From NCBI GenBank assembly GCA_947084965.1, contig CAMTUG010000003.1:360-64359 (forward strand): a stretch of 64,000 bases of DNA, given 5' to 3'. The position numbers and the translations under genes are program-made. Positions within the stretch are counted from its first letter, which is position 1. The number at the start of each line of letters is the position of its first letter. This stretch comes from an uncultured Parcubacteria group bacterium. GTDB taxonomy: Bacteria > Patescibacteriota > Patescibacteriia > UBA9934 > CAMTUG01. Below the pieces are notes generated by a model. The model was given only the letters and a program-made list of their open reading frames with translations. It had not been told where the DNA came from and did no database searches. Shown here piece by piece: positions 27,107 through 34,436 of the stretch.

Positions 27107-27139
27107 GGGCGAGGTCTTCGGACCTCGCCTTTTGGTTTA
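27107..27139 (+). terminator. rho-independent terminator ending the galU-SBP-pilin-like gene string
   Basis: ggggcgaggtc-ttcg-gacctcgcc-ttttggttt. Confidence 0.8.
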
Positions 27140-27149
27140 GGCCACCTGT

Positions 27150-27260
27150 TTCCTCGCCGCTCCGCAGAATCCCGCCACGACATAGATTCTTGGCCATTAA
27201 TGTCGTGGACGTGATCCTGACTCCGCGGTTCGGAGACAGGTCGCCGTCGAGCAGATCGCC
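27150..27260 (+). repeat. intergenic repeat element, copy B (matches 14285-14395 on the opposite strand)
   Basis: cgcagaatcccgccacgacatagattcttggccattaatgtcgtggacg. The stem is ccacgacat/atgtcgtgg, a compensatory G:C to A:T change relative to copy A. Confidence 0.6.
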
Positions 27261-27331
27261 AGGTTTTATAATAGCGTATAAATGCAGACGTCCTGGCCAC
27301 CGTAGTGTGACCAGGACGTTCGCGGTGAGAA

Positions 27332-28093
27332 CTACTCGCAGCCGCGGCCGGGAAGGCAGGTGTACTGTCCCTGCGTCCGGCCGATGACGGAGTAGCTGTA
27401 GTTGTCGCTATCGGTGATGGTGTAGATGCCGGTGGGGAGCCGGGTCAGCTCGTAGATCTTGAGGGTCCCACCGGTGGCCCCGAGAAACGTCCGGCTGACG
27501 TCCCCGGGCTCGACGACCGAGAGCCACGTGCCTCCCATGCCGTCGACGCGAGCGCCGAGCCGCCTGAGCGCCGCCGGGTCGCCCGTGACCTGGACCGCGG
27601 AAGCTTGCGCCCCGCGGTACTGGACCTGCACGTCGTCATCGAAGACGATCGCGTACGCCTTGCCGGAGGATTCCGGGTTGACGAAGGTCCAGGCCATCGG
27701 GTTCGCCGGCCGGTAGTGCCGCTCGTCCCAGCAGTCGTTCCCCCACACGTCGGACATGGAGTTGAGGGTGGAGCGACCTTCCCAGCCGGCGAAGTTCTCG
27801 CACCGTCCGACCGGGGTCGGGGGCGGCGCGATGTACTGCGTCTGCGGGGCGGGCTGGGCGACGGGGGCCGGGGGCGGGACGGCCGGGGCGGGGATCTCGT
27901 GGACCTTGCATCCGGTCACCGACCCGGTCGCCTGGTCGTACTTCTCGCAGGTGTACACCTGCGAGGTTGCGCAGTTGTACAGGGCGTAGCCGCCGCCCTC
28001 GATCGTGGCGATGTCCTGGCAGGCCAGGGAGACCGCGCGGTCGAGGGTCGTGTCGGCAGAAGCGAGAGAGGCGAAGAGGGCGATGGCGATCAT
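27332..28093 (-). CDS. secreted hypothetical protein (signal peptide, Pro-rich linker, Cys pairs); GC-rich island
   Basis: MIAIALFASLASA signal peptide. Strong G/C third-position bias in this frame. Confidence 0.5.
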   Translation of the reverse strand: MIAIALFASLASADTTLDRAVSLACQDIATIEGGGYALYNCATSQVYTCEKYDQATGSVTGCKVHEIPAPAVPPPAPVAQPAPQTQYIAPPPTPVGRCENFAGWEGRSTLNSMSDVWGNDCWDERHYRPANPMAWTFVNPESSGKAYAIVFDDDVQVQYRGAQASAVQVTGDPAALRRLGARVDGMGGTWLSVVEPGDVSRTFLGATGGTLKIYELTRLPTGIYTITDSDNYSYSVIGRTQGQYTCLPGRGCE

Positions 28094-28184
28094 GGGGGAC
28101 TCCGTAGGTTTTGGGCGATCGCCGGACCCTCACGGGCCGGCGGGGTGTGTGTCTTGTCCGCGACAGGAACACCCCGCCGACGAA

Positions 28185-28790
28185 CTACTTGCTGGCTTCG
28201 GTGTCGAGGACGCGCCACTGGCGCGCGTTCTCGAGCTCGACCGCGGCCAGGCGCGCATCGACAGCGGTCGTGGTCGGCGTGGTGCTGGCGGTGACCACCG
28301 TGCCCGGGGCGGCCCCGTAGCGCGGCATCATGTCGTACCCCGGCACCACGGTCCCGTAGGACGTGTAGCCGGAGCCGGTCACGACGGTCGGCCCGCGGTA
28401 GGGCATCGACCCGCCACCGCTCGCCTGGCCCGGGTACACCGGGTTGACCGAGGAGTAGATGGGGCGGCCCTGCGCGTCGTAGGACAGCACCGTCTGCGCC
28501 GGCACGGCCGAGGTCACCGTCTGGCTGCGCCCGTCCTGGGCCGCCGTCACGGTGTTGTCGCGGTCCATGGCGCGGGCGGTCGCCCCGGCCACGACCAGAC
28601 GGCCGGCGGCGTCCATGCAGGACGTCCCGCCGAGCCCGAGGACGGTGTTGCACGGCACGGTCGCCGTGACGCTGCCGTCGCTCGAGATGGTGACCACCGC
28701 CGACTTCGCGCTGGGGGTGGCCGGCGGGGGCCGGGGGGTGGAATCCTGGGCGAACGCGAGTCCGGCCAGGACGAGGATGAAGATGGACAT
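28185..28790 (-). CDS. secreted hypothetical protein (S/T/G-rich); GC-rich island
   Basis: MSIFILVLAGLAFA signal peptide. GC3-rich frame. Confidence 0.5.
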   Translation of the reverse strand: MSIFILVLAGLAFAQDSTPRPPPATPSAKSAVVTISSDGSVTATVPCNTVLGLGGTSCMDAAGRLVVAGATARAMDRDNTVTAAQDGRSQTVTSAVPAQTVLSYDAQGRPIYSSVNPVYPGQASGGGSMPYRGPTVVTGSGYTSYGTVVPGYDMMPRYGAAPGTVVTASTTPTTTAVDARLAAVELENARQWRVLDTEASK

Positions 28791-28930
28791 GAGAGCCCTC
28801 CTGTGGTGAATTGGGGCGTCTTAGATCTGATCAGTTTGGTGGAAGCAAGATGCTTCCGACCATAAGTCCGAACCAAAACGCCCAAATTCACGGGGCTTTC
28901 CAATCATTTGTTGCCTTAGAGCAACGTACA

Positions 28931-29012
28931 AAGATAGCACAAAAATGGCTTTTTGTCAACCGTCTTCGGGTGCGTCGATGGATTGACAAAATCGCATTTT
29001 TGTGCTATTTTA
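28931..29012 (+). promoter_or_regulatory. sigma70-like promoter TTGACA-17-TATTTT flanked by two related palindromes (candidate operators) in the divergent intergenic region
   Basis: atagcacaaaaatg at 28934-28947 and catttttgtgctat at 28995-29008 are reverse complements. ttgaca at 28983-28988, a 17-nt spacer, and tatttt at 29006-29011. Confidence 0.45.
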
Positions 29013-29141
29013 CTAGGTCCCGTTTGAGCCAGAAATAAGGCCAAATACGGGAAATCCTTGCTCTCTCACAACTGAATAAACCCTGTTGTAAGAGAAATCG
29101 TTTCTCGCGAATCCCAACCTATCACCAATTAGGAGGCCACC

Positions 29142-30368
29142 ATGGCCATTTCCGCTGAAGCCCGCTCGTTCCTCACGGCCCTGGGCCTCGGAGCGATCGG
29201 CGAGTCGGTCTCCGGACCGCTCATCGACGCGATCAAGTCGGCGGCCGGCACCGCCGCGCAGTACGACGCGATCGGGAATTTCCTCGCCGAGACGATCGGT
29301 TCGCTCCCGGAGCCCGCCCGCAAGGCGCTCGCCGGGAAGTTCAAGGTCGTGGCCCACATCGCCTTCGAGGCGATCGAGCTGTGGTTGAAGAACATCCTGC
29401 GCAAGCGGGGCGTGAACCACGTCACGCGCGACGCGATCGTCAACGTCCTCGACGATGTCGGGGATGCGCTCATCACGAGTGCGGCGACGGCGATCACCGA
29501 AGCCGAGTTCAAGCAGATCATCCGAGACGCGGCCGCGGCCCGCAAGGCCAACCCGACCGCGCCCCAGAAGTACCCCCATCCCACCATCACCGCCGCCGAG
29601 CGCGGCACCGGAGCCCCCATGACCATTCACCCCTGGATGACGGAGGTCTGCCCGGCGCTGGTGGGGATCTCCCCGCTCGCGTCCGAGCGCCTCGCGGCGA
29701 TCTTCAAGAAGTACAAGCTCGCGGCGGCGCGGATCGGGGGCGACGACCCGAACGAGCCCCCCTTCGCCCGCAACAGCAAGAAGAACATCCTGGCCCTCCT
29801 GCGAGTGGACCCGGAGCGGGCGCTCGCGATCCTCGAGGATCCGGACATCGACGACGACGAAGCGGAGGAGAAGTTCCTGCTCGCGGGGGAAGTGATCCGC
29901 GACAAGCAGGGCATGGACGCCGACGACATCCTCGACTACCTGGACCACGGCCGCTACCAGATCATCAGCGGGCAGAAGGGCAAGGCGGCGCAGTGGTTGT
30001 ACAAGGGCGGGATCGGACTGATCTCCGCCTACGTGCTCCTCTGCGTGTTCTCCGCCCTGATCCTGGTCATCGGCACGCCCGTGTCGCTGATCGCGACCAT
30101 CTACTTCACCCACTTCCTCGATCCGGTCGTCGAGATCAACGGAGTCCCCCACGTCGCCCTCCCCGAGACCGGTTGGCTGGCGATCTCCTTCGCGATGCTC
30201 GTGTTCTCCCTCGGACAGCTGATGATCCTCAGCGTCCTGTGGGGGCCCATGCGTGCCCTGAAGGCGATCGTCGCCAAGCCGATCCAGATCCTCGTCGACG
30301 CCGCCGAAGCAGTGATGCCCGGCGGCGAACCCGAAACCACCACTACCACCACCGGCGCCGCTCACTAG
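29142..30368 (+). CDS. hypothetical protein with C-terminal TM helices; GC-rich island
   Basis: ATG preceded by aggagg. GC3-rich frame; the other long ORFs overlapping this region are high-GC artefacts. Confidence 0.5.
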   Translation: MAISAEARSFLTALGLGAIGESVSGPLIDAIKSAAGTAAQYDAIGNFLAETIGSLPEPARKALAGKFKVVAHIAFEAIELWLKNILRKRGVNHVTRDAIVNVLDDVGDALITSAATAITEAEFKQIIRDAAAARKANPTAPQKYPHPTITAAERGTGAPMTIHPWMTEVCPALVGISPLASERLAAIFKKYKLAAARIGGDDPNEPPFARNSKKNILALLRVDPERALAILEDPDIDDDEAEEKFLLAGEVIRDKQGMDADDILDYLDHGRYQIISGQKGKAAQWLYKGGIGLISAYVLLCVFSALILVIGTPVSLIATIYFTHFLDPVVEINGVPHVALPETGWLAISFAMLVFSLGQLMILSVLWGPMRALKAIVAKPIQILVDAAEAVMPGGEPETTTTTTGAAH

Positions 30369-30386
30369 GGCGCCACGGAGACTTCC

Positions 30387-31208
30387 ATGAGTTCTACCCC
30401 CACCCCCCCGGCCGGTGGCGCCCCCGCCCCGGCTTCCCCCACCCCCAAGCCGATCGGCGAGGAGCCCGCGGTCCGCAAGGCCCGGGTCGCCCTCGCGGTC
30501 GCCCGACTCGACAAGGAGCGTCGGGCCGCGGAGGAGCCCGACGATCCGGACCTCAAGCGCAAGCCCCTCAGCGCCGCCGAGTCCACCTGGTGGGTCTGGG
30601 GTGTCTGGGTGACCCTCGGAGCCCTGGCCTTCATCGGCCTGGTGCTCCGAGCGGTCTCTCCGCACCTCTCGCTGCACCCGGCGGCCACCGGCGTCGCGAT
30701 GCTGGTGGTCACCATCTCCCTGTTCATGGCCGGACTCAGCCTGCGCAAGACGTTCCCCCACCGCATCGTCCTGGGGAAGTCGCTGAACTACCTGTTCTGG
30801 GGGATGATGATCCTGACGGTCTGGAACGGAACGCGCATCGTCTACGGCTTCGGTGGGATCCCCGTGGACCCCGACCCGCGCAACTGGGCCTGGCCGAGCG
30901 CGGTGGCGACGACCGTCTCGGGCTGGATGACCCCCGAGAGCGACGCGGCGAAGCTGGCCAAGATCGAGGCCGACTTCAAGGCCTGCGCTGCCACGACCGA
31001 CGCGGAGATCCTCAAGGCGTGTGGCGAGATCCGCACGCAGAAGATCGACGCGCTGGCCGGCCGCAAGCCCCCCGCGACGGCCGCCGTGACGCCCACGACC
31101 CCCCCGCCCACGAAGAAGCCGGGGAGCGGGTCGAAGAAGGCGACGGTGAAGCCGGCCTACTGCAGCGACCCGGCCATCGCTGCCCAAATGCCCTCGACCT
31201 GCGGCTGA
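30387..31208 (+). CDS. hypothetical multi-TM membrane protein with Pro/Ala-rich N-terminus; GC-rich island
   Basis: GC3-rich frame. About 4 TM helices and a C-terminal Cys pair. Confidence 0.5.
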   Translation: MSSTPTPPAGGAPAPASPTPKPIGEEPAVRKARVALAVARLDKERRAAEEPDDPDLKRKPLSAAESTWWVWGVWVTLGALAFIGLVLRAVSPHLSLHPAATGVAMLVVTISLFMAGLSLRKTFPHRIVLGKSLNYLFWGMMILTVWNGTRIVYGFGGIPVDPDPRNWAWPSAVATTVSGWMTPESDAAKLAKIEADFKACAATTDAEILKACGEIRTQKIDALAGRKPPATAAVTPTTPPPTKKPGSGSKKATVKPAYCSDPAIAAQMPSTCG

Positions 31209-31241
31209 GCGCTCACGCGCAAAATAGCGGGTCAACGTAAA

Positions 31242-31271
31242 GCGCCCCCGGACATTCTGTTCCGGGGGCGC
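31242..31271. terminator. strong bidirectional rho-independent terminator
   Basis: gcgcccccgga-cattctgt-tccgggggcgc, then ctacttttctc. Confidence 0.8.
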
Positions 31272-31282
31272 CTACTTTTCTC

Positions 31283-32284
31283 TTATTTTTTCATCTGCGC
31301 CTTAAACCAATTGACCCACTGAATCTGTTCCGGATCTGTCTTCATGATCGAGGAGATTTCTGCGGTCACATACGCCCCGAGCTGGATCAGTTCAAACGCT
31401 TGCTCGAGCTTCGTCTTTCCATTCAACGTTATACGCACGATCTGTCCCCCGTTCTTTTTGACGATCTGTTGAGTCAACGGATAACGCTTCTGCACGCGCG
31501 GATGATAAAACTTCGACTCAATAAAGATGAACGACATCTCTTTGATAAGCGTTTTTGGAAACGCCAATCCTTCCATCAGGTGATGATTCAATTCCGGGAT
31601 CGGGAATCGCGCCGCGAACTGCTTAGCACTTTCGTTCATCTGATTGGCAAAGACGTGTGCCGATCCTTCCAGGTGCTCGGAGGCGACCATGACCGGAACG
31701 CGATTCACCAGCTTACGGGCGATCTGCTTCCCTGTCTTGGCTCGTGCCGAATTCTTTCCAAGGTAGGTCACGAGATCAAACACTTCGCGATCAGAAAGTT
31801 TTAAGACTTTGAGCTGCACCAATGCTCCGACGATTCCGAATGTCATGAATCCCGTTCCGTATCGCGGCTGAGGGGCAAAGTCCATTGGGTTGAAAAAATA
31901 TCCTGGCACTTTGTCGCGCTTGGCCCATTTGGCCAGGTCGCCGCCCGCGGCGATCACGAAGATGTTCAGCTTCTTCTTCCGTGCCTCAGCATAAGCCGTG
32001 AGAATCTCCTCCGTCGTACCAGAAAAACTGGAGAGAATCACAAGCGCGCTCTTGTTGGCTGTGGCGGGAAGCTTGTACCCGTTGACCACCTCGATCGGCA
32101 CGGTCAATTGATCAGCAAACACGGATCGTACAACGTGCGCCCCGAGTGCTGAGCCGCCCATGGCGACGACGACCACGTGATTGATCTTGCGGTACGACGC
32201 GGGCAAACGGATCGCTTTTGTTTGCATCCACGCTTCGGTTACCTGTTCATGCATTCGGCTAATCGAGTGAACCAAATTAGACAT
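31283..32284 (-). CDS. bifunctional phosphoglucose/phosphomannose isomerase (SIS-domain, archaeal type)
   Basis: 333 aa SIS-domain protein (HVVVVAMGGSALGAHVV...LVILSSFSGTTEE). Confidence 0.65.
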   Translation of the reverse strand: MSNLVHSISRMHEQVTEAWMQTKAIRLPASYRKINHVVVVAMGGSALGAHVVRSVFADQLTVPIEVVNGYKLPATANKSALVILSSFSGTTEEILTAYAEARKKKLNIFVIAAGGDLAKWAKRDKVPGYFFNPMDFAPQPRYGTGFMTFGIVGALVQLKVLKLSDREVFDLVTYLGKNSARAKTGKQIARKLVNRVPVMVASEHLEGSAHVFANQMNESAKQFAARFPIPELNHHLMEGLAFPKTLIKEMSFIFIESKFYHPRVQKRYPLTQQIVKKNGGQIVRITLNGKTKLEQAFELIQLGAYVTAEISSIMKTDPEQIQWVNWFKAQMKK

Positions 32285-33392
32285 ACGGGATTTTTTCTTT
32301 AATCAATCTGGTTAGGTCCGCCCGCTCGCTATTGCGATTGACGAGCGTTGCTCCAACCATTCTACCACCGCGGATAAATTTCTGAACGACCCCGCCGTCC
32401 GCGTCCGATCCTTCGACGACGACCCGCTCTGCTGCCGCTCGGTCCGTGTCCCCGATAAAAATCACTTCCATCCCCCGGCAGTTCGTGGCGTACGAACTGA
32501 CCAGTTCAAACTTGGTGCGTTCCCCGAACATCGTTTTGGCCACGGTGCGACCCTGCATCGTAGCGCTCATCCAATTGCCGACGATCAATTGACGATCCGC
32601 AATGACATCAAAAAACTCAGCAACGTCGCCGGCGGTGAAAACGTCTGAAATATTCGTCTCGAGATACTCGTTTGCTTTGATCCCTTCGCCCACTTCGATC
32701 CCGGCTTCAGAGATCCACTTAAGGTCAGGAGTAATGCCGATCCCGACACCAAGAAGCGCGAACTCTTCTGGTGACTCGACGGTCGTCTTGGTGTGTACCG
32801 TGATTCCATCCGCTTCGGCCTTCCGTCGAATCAACTCCGAAGAATCACGATCGAGCGCGCGACCAAAAAATGTTTCGCCGCGCAAAAAGAGATCCGCTTT
32901 CAGTTTGCGCTCAGCAAAGATGTTGATGTACTCAAGAGCGATGAACCCTCCGCCAACGATGCCGACGCGGCCGCTTTCGTATTCGTTCATCAGCTGGAGC
33001 AGATGATCCGCATCGTCAAGCGTGCGGAAGTACGAAACTCCGCGCGCGTCACCAGAAACGAGCTTCACTTCCCCGCCAGTCACCAGAAGCAATTTGTCGT
33101 ATTCGTATTCACGACCGTCGGACGCGGCGACAAACTTATTTTTAACGTCAAGCGACTCCGCGATCACTCCGGGCAACCAATCGATCTTCTGCTCGTCGTA
33201 CCACTCCGGCTTTTTCAAAAAAACGCGTTCGCGCGGAACTTTGGCTTTGATGTAGTGCGGCAACAAGACGCGAGAATACAAACGGTGTTGTTCTTCACTC
33301 AAAATCGTAATCTCTGATTCGGGGTCTAGCTTGCGGAGTTCTTCGGCCGCGCTGGTGCCAGCAATCCCTCCGCCGATGATGAGATAGCGCAT
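32277..33392 (-). CDS. FAD/NAD(P)-binding pyridine-nucleotide-disulfide oxidoreductase (ferredoxin reductase-like)
   Basis: Two Rossmann motifs: YLIIGGGIAGTSAA and RVGIVGGGFIALE. Confidence 0.7.
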   Translation of the reverse strand: MRYLIIGGGIAGTSAAEELRKLDPESEITILSEEQHRLYSRVLLPHYIKAKVPRERVFLKKPEWYDEQKIDWLPGVIAESLDVKNKFVAASDGREYEYDKLLLVTGGEVKLVSGDARGVSYFRTLDDADHLLQLMNEYESGRVGIVGGGFIALEYINIFAERKLKADLFLRGETFFGRALDRDSSELIRRKAEADGITVHTKTTVESPEEFALLGVGIGITPDLKWISEAGIEVGEGIKANEYLETNISDVFTAGDVAEFFDVIADRQLIVGNWMSATMQGRTVAKTMFGERTKFELVSSYATNCRGMEVIFIGDTDRAAAERVVVEGSDADGGVVQKFIRGGRMVGATLVNRNSERADLTRLIKEKIPYV

Positions 33393-33397
33393 AGATT

Positions 33398-33517
33398 AAA
33401 AATTCGAAAACCGAAATACGAAACTCGAAACATATTTAAATCGGAAACAGAAAATTTTCAAACTTTCCTTTTTTGATTTCCGATTGTTTCGTATTTCGAT
33501 ATTCGTATTTCGTATTT
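33398..33517. repeat. intergenic inverted-repeat element built of (A)AATACGAAAT units, locus 1
   Basis: The reverse complement of 33487-33517 is aaatacgaaatacgaatatcgaaatacgaaa. This is identical to 55290-55320, and the flanks are also similar. Confidence 0.6.
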
Positions 33518-33782
33518 AAAGTTCCGGATACAACTGCGCCCCGGCTTCGTCGTAAATAAAAATCGCCAGCGTGGGACAGGACTGCGCACCAAGGATGATG
33601 TTTTCTTTTTCGTCTTCAGTCACTTCGACCACACGCTCGTAAGTGCGGCCGCCCGGTTCGGTCGAGTGATCAAGAACGTACGCTTTGTTTTCATCGTTCA
33701 ACTGGAACGTCTCTGGAGCGATCGTCACGCAGGACGCGGCGCCGATGCACAAATCTGGGTCAACTTTGATCGTCAATTTCAT
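33516..33782 (-). CDS. ferredoxin (single-cluster 3Fe/4Fe-4S type)
   Basis: DPDLCIGAASCVTIAPETF...AQSCPTLAI. Confidence 0.75.
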   Translation of the reverse strand: MKLTIKVDPDLCIGAASCVTIAPETFQLNDENKAYVLDHSTEPGGRTYERVVEVTEDEKENIILGAQSCPTLAIFIYDEAGAQLYPEL

Positions 33783-33796
33783 AATATGGCTACAGA

Positions 33797-34435
33797 TTAC
33801 CCAAAATACTTCTCGCTGTAAAACCGGATCAGCTCCTCCACGGCCGGCAGAACGCTCGGATTCCCGATCCCCACTTTGGTCTTCGTTTGCACCGCTTCCA
33901 GCGTCCGCGCCCCTTCGAGCACCGCTTCTTCGATGTCGTGGTCCGTAACTTTGGCGATCGGGTCGATCACCCGCGACGCCTCGACCACGATCTTGTCGAA
34001 CTTCTCGGCACGACGATAAAAATCATTGATCGCATCACGAAGCGCTTTATCGCACAGGACCGAACAGTGAAACTTGCGCGGCGGCAGTCCACCGAGACGC
34101 GCCATAATGTCTTGAGGCTTTAGCTTGCGCGCTTCGTCGAGCGTCATTCCCCCGTTCTCGGTCACCATCACTGAGGCGATGCTGGTCGAAGCGATAGCGC
34201 TTCCGCATCCAAAGGTCTTCCACCAAAATCCGGTGATCTTTTCCGTCGCGGGCTCGACCATCAGCCAGACGCGCAACTCATCACCACAAGCCGGCGAGCC
34301 GACTTTGCCCATGGCGTTATATTCGCTCTCTTCTGGGTCATGATCAAGAAAGTTTTTCGGATGAAAAAAATGCTCTTTGACCACGTCAGAGTAAAACCAG
34401 TTCTGCTTTTTGTCGATAGAGGAAACGTCGGCCAT
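33797..34435 (-). CDS. nifU: Fe-S cluster assembly scaffold NifU (IscU-like N-domain plus C-terminal domain)
   Basis: GSPACGDELRVWL...FGCGSAIASTS, with a Cys-containing C-terminal region. The ORF is open to 34459. Confidence 0.75.
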   Translation of the reverse strand: MADVSSIDKKQNWFYSDVVKEHFFHPKNFLDHDPEESEYNAMGKVGSPACGDELRVWLMVEPATEKITGFWWKTFGCGSAIASTSIASVMVTENGGMTLDEARKLKPQDIMARLGGLPPRKFHCSVLCDKALRDAINDFYRRAEKFDKIVVEASRVIDPIAKVTDHDIEEAVLEGARTLEAVQTKTKVGIGNPSVLPAVEELIRFYSEKYFG

Positions 34436-34436
34436 A

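Noticed and set aside
29013-31240. Very long ORFs on several frames and both strands (29013..31235 -, 740 aa; 29381..31240 +, 619 aa; also 27605..28294 +, 27636..28172 -, 28005..28865 +, 28090..28653 -, 28547..28903 -).
   Set aside because: These are artefacts of the high-GC island, where stop codons are rare in every frame. Their products are Arg/Pro/Gly-rich low-complexity strings. Only the GC3-biased frames with signal peptides or TM helices and sensible starts were kept.
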